A DNA stretch of 64,000 bases, taken from positions 1 through 64,000 of the forward strand of contig PDIP01000006.1 in the NCBI GenBank assembly GCA_002811645.1. Reading direction: 5' to 3'. Shown piece by piece: positions 33,538 to 43,700 of this stretch. The notes beneath the pieces are model-generated. The model was not told the origin of the DNA. It ran no database searches and saw only the letters and a program-made list of their open reading frames with translations. Source of the stretch: Corallochytrium limacisporum Hawaii (lineage: Eukaryota; Protista; Pluriformea). A program made the translations under genes and the position numbers. The stretch's first letter is position 1. Every line of letters starts with the position of its first letter.

Positions 33538-36500
33538 TTAGTTCTCCGCTTCAAACCCGCATCTTATTCTTTAATCAAACCGAACTGATTATTTCTGTCT
33601 AGTGCTACGTATTTAGAATAGTAAAACAAGTATAGAGGAAAAATAACACGCTCAAGGATACACCGATTGTCCGGCTCCCAAGAACCTTGCTAAGACGTCT
33701 CCATTTCATTGTACGGAGACAAACAAGGTCTCGCTGCACGCTCTTTCGTCTCTCTACGATTTCCTTACACCCCTTCCCCCCTCCCCCCACGCAAGCATTA
33801 CCAGTAACCCAGTGGTGTTGGGTTATATAGGGCGCAATTCCCCGCAAGCCCACTTGGTTTCGACAATTTCCCTCATACCACCCCCCTTCAGAAGGTTCTT
33901 TTTTTGTTCCTTTCCTTCCTCGCGCCCTTCGTTCTGACCGCTTGCGGAAGAGGAGGAGTCACAAATGCGAAGGGCCCCGGCCCGTTCGTGCAGTTCCATC
34001 TTTGGGTCGATCAGGTTTTTGTGCGCGGTTTGCTGCGGACATTCCGTAAGTACTACTCGGTGGTGTTCATTTTGTTGATCTGGTGGTGCATGGAAAGTTC
34101 AAACACAAGAAAGAGGGGGTGGTTCTTCAGCACCTTTAGAGATGTACAGCAAGATATGTTTTCCTGCATTGAAAATTTCGGGCACGCTACGGTTGCTGAC
34201 AGGCAATAACCAGTAGATTAGCAATCACCAGTAGATCAGCTACATTACTGTCCACCAAAGGGTAGTTGCCCATTCGGAATTCACGAAAGTCGTCGAGCGT
34301 AGTTCTTGTCGAACAGGGTGGCACATCAAACCAGCAGGGTCGATCAATGTATCGCCTGGACATCCATACAGCATCCACTGTCTAGGACATGTCAGTTGCA
34401 GCTGAGTGTTCAGCTGCTAGTCACTGATGGCACCCTTCATTTCAGGAAACTCCTCCTGAGGGCATATTTCTTGAGCACAGGTGAAGACCATGTAGAATGC
34501 GCGTAATCACTATCTGTCAAAAATGATGTCCAAGTTCCCGGTTCGTGCGCTTTTCACCTAAGTAACCCTCCCCGCGAGCGCTCCGGCACACAACCTTGCA
34601 ACTCGTGATTACCGAACTCCATTCTCGCTTCCGAACACCCCTTTTCAAGGGCGCTCTCCTATTCACGGTCCGTCCAGGCGTTCCATTGTCGCTCATCACT
34701 TTCTCGAGTCGGTGGCTAAAGAAGGCAGTAAACGTACTGGCAAATGCACTTCGGTTGGAGCCGTTCCCAGTTTGGGCTGTTGCAGGAGAGTAGCACAGAA
34801 GCATCTTTTGACCAAGTCGTCATCGCTTAGTGCAGCAGCTGTCGATTGTGTGGGCCGTCAAATGTATGGAAGAAGTGTTTATTCGGCCGTTGTGAATCAT
34901 CACAAAGCAATCGACTGAGGACAACCACAGACACCTCAGGCCAGGACCTTTCCAGCAAAACCGACCAGGTCACTCACAAGTGAAAATTCAAATTGAGTAA
35001 AAAGCTCCCATTCTGCCGCAGTTCCTCCCCACTGCTGAGTTGCTGTCGTGGCCATAAAGCCCTCGTTATCCGCAAACACTTTTCATCATACCTGATTGAG
35101 CAGGTTGGGAAACTCTCCCCCCAACCCCTCCGGGCCGGGCCCCCCGGGGGGGGGGGCCTTGCACAGATAGCAGCTTAGTAAGAGAATTGATTTGTGATCG
35201 AAGTGATGACCAATATAAGCCGAGCGGGTCGCAAAACTGTGCAAGTGACTATGTCTCGTTTCCTTCCAAAGATTCACTCAAAGGAAGCTGCAACTGCCCA
35301 AAAGCACAGGATCTCAAACTTACGTGCGCATACAAGATCATGGCCCATGGTGTCGGAGGACTTTGTCTTGGTAGATCAAGGCGTTAATACATCTAGGCCT
35401 GCATACCTATCAGCCGGGACCATCCAATCTCGTGTACCCTGAATTTGGATAATCTCGTATGTGGCTGACATGTTGTGGATGTCGAGTAGGAAAAGGAGTG
35501 GCTGATCCTACCGGAGACAGATTGGGGTGACATGGGCTGCAGTACTCCTTGATTCGAAACGCCCATCTTGCAGACTGTCATGACCTGTTGTTGCACTAAG
35601 TGCTCAATGCCCAACAGACGTGACATGCAAATAGAATGGTTGGCCATCTCTTTCAACGGCAAACGCAGGCACAGGGAAGAACAGAGAGGGAAGCCCCAGC
35701 CAAACAAACAAGCTGGCGGTTCCGACGTCCGCAATCTAAACCAGTACTCTTCAGTGCGTTCCCAGGGGAGCCCCCACTATTCGTGATCAGGGGCGGAGGG
35801 AGATTCCCTCGCCACCAAAACTGTATTCTGTGGACCCCCATTTTTTTTTTTCGCCGTTCTTAAAATGAACCCCTCATAAATGTAATTAGGGAGATTAACG
35901 TTGTAAATTACTATTATGAAGGGATCAGTTATATTCAGAAGACTCCCCTTTCTGGAGGAGGGGGGAGGGTGTTCAAAGGGAGGGTCAGGTCGGCTTTGGA
36001 CCTCTCCCCTGCCCGCTCCACACACACCCCTTCCTTCCCAACTTGTGTTAGCACTCGCGTTCATGAATTTCAGAAGCAGCGCGCGACAGATCGACCCAAA
36101 ACATTTGCCATCATCCGGTGATTTCACAGGACAACTACCAGCACATTCAATATGGCTGAGCAGTCACCAGCATAAGAAATTCTCTTCTACTTACCTTTTC
36201 CCTCGGAAATTTTGCAAGCCAGACAAAGACACGCTATCATGCTTTCTGAGGCTACTTTGTTGGCATACTTGACAAGAGTCAACTTGGGTTCTCATGGGAA
36301 GAGAGGTTTTCTGTTCTCAAAACTTCGCTCTAGAAAACACTTGCTATCGACTGCCAGCCAAGCACAGGGGTACCCCCTCCCATTTCCCTGCCTTGTGAGC
36401 CACAGTCGATCCTGTGCGGTTTACCGTTTTATTGGGGGCCGAGCATCAAAAGTACCTTAGTTTTTCCTCGTTGAAGTTTTTTTCTTCAACCGCAGGTGAC

Positions 36501-37436
36501 GGTGGTCCGTATGAATAGTTAATGTATGGATCGAAATCTCCCCTCGGAGGTGGGGGGTGGGGGGTTGCGTGTTTCCATACAGCTACTTGCTTGCGAGTTG
36601 GCCTGGGATCGTCCATCGTTGGGGAGGGGGGGAACGCCAGCGATAGCCAATCAATGGCCGCAACACAATAGGCATTCTACAGAAGGATCACGGGATTTCT
36701 GTGGGTGTGTGATGCTTCCAATGGGTTCAAATCTGCACAGCACCATTTCCGCTGTACTTGCGCCACACGCAGCGGCCTTTGCCAGCAGTGCATCAGAACG
36801 GCTGGGGCAGGCTGAGAGACTTTGGACACCAGCGTGCGTACAACAAAATCCTCTGCCCAGTACATGTACGGGGGCGCACAACTATGGGTATTGTCCATTT
36901 ACGTATGCGCTCAGCACGACAAGACAGCAGGAGCACGGTGCAAAGAACTCATAAATATTTCTCGATAGCATCCCGACACACCCACATCACCGCAAAAAAG
37001 AGCCACCCCGGCTTCATGTAAGGGGGCGCATAGAGGCAAAAGGCAGAAAAAAAGAAAACTGTGTCCGTTGCCCGTGTCTCAGTCACCCGGGGCAGGCCTT
37101 TTGTTATCTTTTTGTTTTTGGTTTCGTGTGGCCTTTTGTTCCAGACCAGAGGCGAGTTAGGCAGCTGCGACGACAACGTGTGGGGGCGGGGGCGTGCCCT
37201 ACTACACACACATAGCCGTTGGGTTCGATTGCACATTTTCTGCTCTCGTCGGTTACGTGCAGGCGATGAAATGTGCGGGTGTGAGATACGGAGGCTGGAG
37301 GACGCAAACAATGGGAACACGCTGACAGGACAGTACAGTCCGCTGACCTATTTTTGGTGAGTGGTCTTACCATTAGCATGAAGCAATGACCAGTCACAAC
37401 GCCACATCGTTGGAAGGCTCGAACGGGTGCGCAAGA

Positions 37437-37475
37437 ACACATACACACACTCACTCACTCACTCACTCACATACA
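37437..37475. repeat. CA/CACT microsatellite just upstream of the MAPK start
   Basis: acacatacacacac(tcac)n atac. Confidence 0.7.
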
Positions 37476-37481
37476 TATAGA

Positions 37482-38600
37482 ATGTCTGCACCAAAGCCGC
37501 AACCTTCTCCCTACGAGGGATTCCACCGCTTCCAGATTGCCAGCGTCACCTTTGACGTGCCAAGCCGCTACACAGAACTGGAGCCCATTGGACGGGGTGC
37601 GTTCGGACAAGTGTGCTCGGCACTGGACACCATCACCAATGAACGGGTAGCCATCAAGAAGGTCCTGGAGCCCTTCAGAACGCATGTTCATGGCAAGCGG
37701 ACGTTCCGGGAACTGAAGCTTTTACGCAGCATCCACCATGAGAACATTATTAACCTGCGGGACCTCTTCACCACGCAGTCGACGCTGGAAAACTTTTCCG
37801 ACGTCTACATTGTTACAGACCTAATGGGTGCCGACTTGAATGAAATTATCAAGTACAACCAGCTGACCGAGGAGCAGGTGCAGTTCTTTGTCTACCAAGC
37901 CCTGCGTGGTCTCAAGTACATCCACTCTGCGGGTATTATTCATCGGGACCTTAAGCCGTCCAACATTGCGGTCAATGAAAATTGCGACCTCAAGATTCTG
38001 GACTTTGGCCTCGCTCGCATCTACGAGCCGGAAATGACCGGCTACGTCGCCACCCGGTGGTACCGTGCCCCGGAAATTATGTTGTCGTGGCGTCGATACA
38101 CAGAGGCTGCTGATGTGTGGGCCGTGGGTTGCATCATGGCGGAGTTGCTGCGTAGCGGCCCGCAATGCCGCCCCTTGTTTCCGGGCCGGGACCATGCTGA
38201 CCAGTTGCAGCGCATTGTAGAGATTCTGGGACGTCCTGGTGACGATGTGATCAACAAGATTCAATCGCAGAAGACGCGGGACTTTGTCAAGCGCATGCCG
38301 CACATGCCCGGACGGTCATGGAAGGAGCTCTTCCCCCAGGCTAGCCCCCTGGCCATTGACTTGCTGGACCGTCTGCTGACCTTCGATCCGAGCCACCGCA
38401 TCACGGCCACAGAGGCCCTGGGCCATCCGTACCTTGCCCAGTACCACGATGAGAACGACGAGCCCACCGCCCCGCCGTTCGACGACTCGTTCGAGAACAA
38501 GGAGGCAGATGCTGAAGAGTGGAAACGCCTCACTTTCACCGAAATCCAGTCCTTTATGCACGAGCATGCCAACGGGGGCGTCGATTCCATGGAGACGTAA
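37482..38600 (+). CDS. p38/Hog1-type stress-activated MAP kinase
   Basis: GRGAFG, HRDLKPSN, DFGLAR, activation loop EMTGYVATRWYRAPE (TGY), CD domain YHDENDEP. ATG 37482 preferred over 37386, which would translate the microsatellite. Confidence 0.95.
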   Translation: MSAPKPQPSPYEGFHRFQIASVTFDVPSRYTELEPIGRGAFGQVCSALDTITNERVAIKKVLEPFRTHVHGKRTFRELKLLRSIHHENIINLRDLFTTQSTLENFSDVYIVTDLMGADLNEIIKYNQLTEEQVQFFVYQALRGLKYIHSAGIIHRDLKPSNIAVNENCDLKILDFGLARIYEPEMTGYVATRWYRAPEIMLSWRRYTEAADVWAVGCIMAELLRSGPQCRPLFPGRDHADQLQRIVEILGRPGDDVINKIQSQKTRDFVKRMPHMPGRSWKELFPQASPLAIDLLDRLLTFDPSHRITATEALGHPYLAQYHDENDEPTAPPFDDSFENKEADAEEWKRLTFTEIQSFMHEHANGGVDSMET

Positions 38601-39462
38601 TTGCATAGTGATATTCGCATACAGCAGACGCTTATCCGGACATGTTTTTTTCAAATGCTACATAGAGAATTAAAGAACGTAGGCAAGTTCAACATGGACT
38701 TTCCAAACTGTACATGCAAACACAATCTCTTCTCCCCTTCCGCCCCCCATTTTGCAGCAAAGACACACTCTCTCCATTTGACTCCCAGCCACTTCACCGC
38801 TGCGGGAATCGTGGGCGAAAAAGAAATTTTACAGCTTCGACGTGATGGCAGTGGTACGGCCCAGACTTCAGCGACATCAGATGCGTCTCACGTCATTCAA
38901 GTAGAGTCATGTCTACGGCTGTGTTCCACCAGCCCTTGCGAGATGCGGTGGTTTCGACCGACAACGTCGCCCACTCTTGCATGGTGCGCTTGGACTGATG
39001 GCCAGATTGTGGCATCCACTTAGGGGTTCAATACACCGGTTTCGGAGCTCCAGAAAGTATTGGACGGGTTCAGACATCCTACAGTACTCAGAGAAACGGG
39101 ATTGACATTTTCTAACCCTGACTACAAAGTAATTCGCGCAGATGCTAGAAGGGACCCACGGGGCCTAATTGCCGCGCGACGCAACGGCACATGATTGTGG
39201 CGCTCTCTACGACGTCACAATGTATCCCAGCGTCGCTGCTGGGTCTGTCGAAGTATTGGGTAAGTAGATTAAAGCTTATGTACATGAAGTGATCCTAGTG
39301 GGCATGTCATGGTGTGACAAAGGTGGCTAACCTTTACGTGGTGATTCAGTTTTCCTCTTTCCCTCTGCAGCCGAACACTTGAGGCGTAAAGGCCTTTGAA
39401 AGAATACGTTGATGATGAACCTCTTACGCATACACTTTACAGCACAGTTTATGTCCTTTCAG

Positions 39463-39840
39463 TTATGTCTTAAAAATGCCAGCATGCGCAGCAAATTTGG
39501 TGATCTGGGAACCTTCTCGGGGGTGGTGCAAGCGAGAGTCCCTCGGCAGCACTGGGGCAATCAAGGGGTTTGAGTGCCAGCCGTATTCGTGTGCCGTTGT
39601 TGCCGGATCGTCGTACTTCTCCACCGGAGGGGCCACCATTCGCTTTAGTGTCTCGTAGAATCCTGGATCCTCGACATCGTGGGCGGCCATTGAGTCTTGG
39701 GGCTTGGGTGGCAGGTAGTGAAGAGACTTGGGGGTTGGTTTGTAGGCGGTGAAAGGCCGGAAAAAGGCGTCTTCTTTCTCAATCGTTTCCCTCAGGATCC
39801 TCTCCTTCTTGACCTGATCAAGACCCTCCTCATTGGTCAT
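39463..39840 (-). CDS. CFAP144/FAM183-like cilia- and flagella-associated protein
   Basis: ILRETIEKE...PVEKYDDPATTAHEYGW...DSRLHHPREGSQITKF matches the FAM183 pattern; ATG at 39840. Confidence 0.7.
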   Translation of the reverse strand: MTNEEGLDQVKKERILRETIEKEDAFFRPFTAYKPTPKSLHYLPPKPQDSMAAHDVEDPGFYETLKRMVAPPVEKYDDPATTAHEYGWHSNPLIAPVLPRDSRLHHPREGSQITKFAAHAGIFKT

Positions 39841-40387
39841 GGCTATGCTTTGGATGATTTGTTCAAACTCCACGGTTTGCTGGGATCCAAGGTGCGGAAT
39901 CGAATGGCTCAATGATGGCATACGTACTCCAAAGTACCACCACCCGTCCCCACCCTCCTTGTTTCCAATCAAACCCGCCCGCCGAGAAGAGAGATTTTTT
40001 GGGTGCCTATAGCGCGAGTGTCGCCTGGCGGGACACGGGTTTACGTTGGTCACCGTCAAATCTTGCCAACCTTTCCCCCAATTCTTCCCTGCCCCCTTTC
40101 TTTGTCTCCTTTTTCCCCATGCCGTTGGGACAAACGTTTGCTACCCCCCTTGTGTGCACAGTCAAACGCGGACACGGGGAACCAACCTGCCTTGGCAACT
40201 TTGTGCGAAAAAGCCAGCTGGTTCAATGGGACCTTCCAGGAGCTTGCAGCACTAGCATAATCTTCCCACAACCATCCCAACCCCGCAACAGTTTTTACGT
40301 TGACAAGACCCCCCCCCTTCACTCGGGGAGAAAAAAAAAAGCCTCCCCCATTAGGGGCCTGCCTGTAGTGAAAATACCGAATTTGAG

Positions 40388-40582
40388 AAATCTGGGGGTC
40401 TCACTATGGACGGTCACAGATCAGAATCCTGTCAACCGATTTCGAAGATTCGAAAACATGGAACATGACAAGATATGATAATTTACACTTGTGTATGTTT
40501 AATTATCATGTTTATGATGCATGTCCAAAAAAATTGCAAAAAAAAAAGAAGCTTGGAAATTCCGAGCAGGGTGATTCGAACA
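40388..40582 (-). repeat. Direct repeat, left copy (195 bp): 22 nt of tRNA-Tyr 3' end (40561-40582) plus ~170 bp of downstream flank; att-like junction
   Basis: Matches 46880-47073 except for 3 substitutions, one ~20-bp diverged patch and A10 vs A8. Confidence 0.95.
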
Positions 40583-40789
40583 TTCTATACTGTGGCGTTG
40601 CTGGTGGTCTCTAAGTGCAATTTGAGGCACTGTTTGGTGGTAGTTCCTGCCTGTGACGTATATCGGGGCGGGTCTCTCGTTTCTTCCTGTTCTGTGAGTC
40701 CCTCTCCACTCCGACGGGGACTGCGTTGAAAAGGAAGAAAAAAAAGAAGAGTGGTTACGATACGGTGGATTGAGACTCTTCAAGGTCAT

Positions 40790-43700
40790 CTACTGTTTCT
40801 TAGGTTTTACGGTATGCCAATGCGTAGAGTGGACTTTCGTGGCCCTACACCCCCTTCTCACCCCCCTCCCCGGGGCCCCTATTGGTAGTCTTTGCCCAAC
40901 GCGCCGGCCGCTTAGCCTCTTGCGTTGGGCGCCTCGTGTGGCTGCACCTTCAGCGGGTTGTGAGCATTGCATCGGTGCGGGGGGAAGGGCGAGCTGGTGA
41001 GATCCCGTGTACGGACCGAGAGGTTTGGCCATTGTTGGCGCCTGGGCCCGGCCCATCTTATGCCTCGCTATTCCCATGAGGTTCGTCCACTTGTCATCCA
41101 CATCACTGTCCACAATTTGAGGACAGCGAAGTTTGCCACGTAGATGGGTATAGCACTCGGCGAAGCACGCTTCCATTACAAAGTTGGCCAGGTGGGATTG
41201 CCTGCGCGGATCCTGCAAGAGGTATCGGTCCAGCATGACAGCTACAGTATGACCCATACACTGTGCCAATTGCTCCAAATAGGCCCTCTTGTTGCCACTT
41301 CCCGTGGTGTCGATGAGTCCGACCGCATAGGTCACGGCTAGGTGCCGCACCTTATGGCTGGTCATCTTACATTCACCACCAGAGAGCTCCTCCACGCAGT
41401 GCTGGAACGCAATGGCAACCGATTGATTGCATACCCGACAGTGCTCACGGGACTTGACTGGATCAGCGCGGGCAGGGCAACGTGAGCACTGCAAAGGAAA
41501 GAGGGGCAATTTGAGCCTGAGCCTGTCGTTCCGCGCCAAAAAGAAACACCGTTCCCTTATGCGCCTCTGCAGCTCGGGCACAGACCGCAAAGATCCCTGC
41601 GTGGACTTCGGGTTCGGGCCGTGGAGGGCCAACGCCTCAGGAAAGACCGAATCCGGAGCGGCCACCGGCAACACAATGCGAATGTACCAAGCAACTATTT
41701 TGGCCAGTTCCTTGTAGAGCCATGTGCGATCAATGTACTTGCGTTTGAAACAGCTTGTCTTGATCCTGGCGGGCCAATAGATATGACCACCTATCAAAGG
41801 ACGCATCGCTTGCTCCGCTGCTGTGGCTCGCTCAAAGGATCCGACTAGGGCGGCACGCAGGATGCTCTGCCGCGGGAACCCCGTCCCCATGACCTGAGTA
41901 AGGACATGTTCTTGGATCCTGCGGCTGAGACTGATGAGCTGCTGCACAGGCGATGGTGGTGGCACATACTGTACATTCTCGTCACGCACACAATTGGCAT
42001 CGCTACCAAAAGACAGAAGGTGATGCAGGAGCGTGCGGTTATCGTCATCGAGCAAGCGACCCATGCCATCAGGGTGATTGTTGATGCTCTTAAAGAAGGG
42101 CATGAGGAAATGGTGAAGTGACTTGTTTAAGTACTCATCGAGCCCTTTGAATCCGTCCCTGGGGATCTTGCCGGTCGCAAGGGCGCGCTCATGAGAAGAG
42201 CAGTACGTGTCTACCAACTTCCTCTGATTGTCCAGATTTCTGAGGGCAAGCTGCAAATCGCTGATACTTTTGTTCCACTGGGCCTGGATACCAGACGCCT
42301 TCATTATTTGTGCAACTGCAGCGTGGCGGTTTAGTGCGGTGCTGCCATGGTGGCTTCCACTGCTGCGACCATGGTTAGCAGGTGCTTTCATGAGGCGCAC
42401 AATGTCTCTCAGTGCCTTGCTGACGTTGAGAACACTGCGCACACTGCCTGCCAAAGTACGCGGCATCTTGTAGAGCTTGCGGAGGAAGGAGTCACCCTGG
42501 GCGTAAGAGACAACAATGCGGCGATAGTATCGGCGAAATTGAATGTGTTTATCCTTGTGCGCTTGCTTGAACGTATCAAATGCCCGCGACAGCGACTGCT
42601 TCAATTTCAATTCAATCCACTGGGTAACCATACCATTATCGTAGAATGGCCGCAATAGCTGCCTTGGGTCACGCAAGAGTGTATCAGTCATCGACGGTAT
42701 GTAATCATGGACCCGGTGACAGTAGAGGAGATAGCCACGCACATCTGCAAGATGCGCTGAGGTCGTCTTACGGGGTTCGCTACAGGCAAATGCCAGCAGT
42801 ACCTGTCGAGGTTGGGATGCCTTCTCGGTGTCTCGCTTTTGCTTGCGCTGCCACCACTCATGCCAGCCATTGCGTCGCAGAGCCACGGTGACAATGGTAC
42901 CGATTCCATGCCATAGTGTCTCCACCCACTGTTGGAGCCAGGCAACGTGACCTCCCTGGGCCGTTGTGGTGCCGTCGATTAGCGACTCTGGTTCTACAAT
43001 CATGTCAAAGTCTGTGTTTGGCAGTCTGAAGACCAGCGAAATCGGAACTAAGACACGCGCCACAGCCGAGATACCGTCCACTAATGTCTTGTCCATGTCT
43101 TCATCTTTGTCCGTTCTGTTGTTTTCTTCAGATGCGTCTTCTCCATCGGCGAGTACGGATTCGTCGCCATAGTCAGCGTCCAAGATCTCCTCTTGCTCTT
43201 GTGCCTCATCCTTAGCCTCGGGCTGCGGGTGGTACGCCATCAGCTCAGAATGTAAGTCAATCGAGGGTAACGGACACCGTCCGGTAGAGGTTCCCTTGGG
43301 AAGCATGCAAGCATCAACCTGCTCCTGGTGCTCGATCTCAAGCAGTGCTTGGTCTAAGCGTTCCACATCTTGTTCAAACCCTGGGTCGCTTCGCAGACTC
43401 TTGATGCGCCCGCGGCGATTAATCTCGCCGACGGCGGCGCCAACGTCCACTGCCGGTGTCTTTTCGTAGGATAAGTCAGCAGTGCGATCGTTCATTTGAA
43501 TGGAATGGTAGTAAGCCCGGTGCAGCTCGTAGTTGTGCTGAAGCAGGCCAGACTGTTTGACACTACGAGACTGGAGCTTGCGAGCACACTTGGAGCCCAT
43601 GTGAATTGGTAGCATTTGTCCATCTCGCACGGGCGGCGCCACGTCCCGAGATGCCCAATATTGGTGCCATGCTGCCCAATTGACCACCCGAAAGAGACCA

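Noticed and set aside
40186-40199. RFX X-box-like CCTGCCTTGGCAAC upstream of the CFAP144-like gene
   Set aside because: Only one good half-site (11/14 to the palindromic consensus); not distinguishable from chance
40561-40582. Second complete tRNA gene
   Set aside because: Only the T-loop, 3' T-stem and 3' acceptor strand are present; no D or anticodon arm
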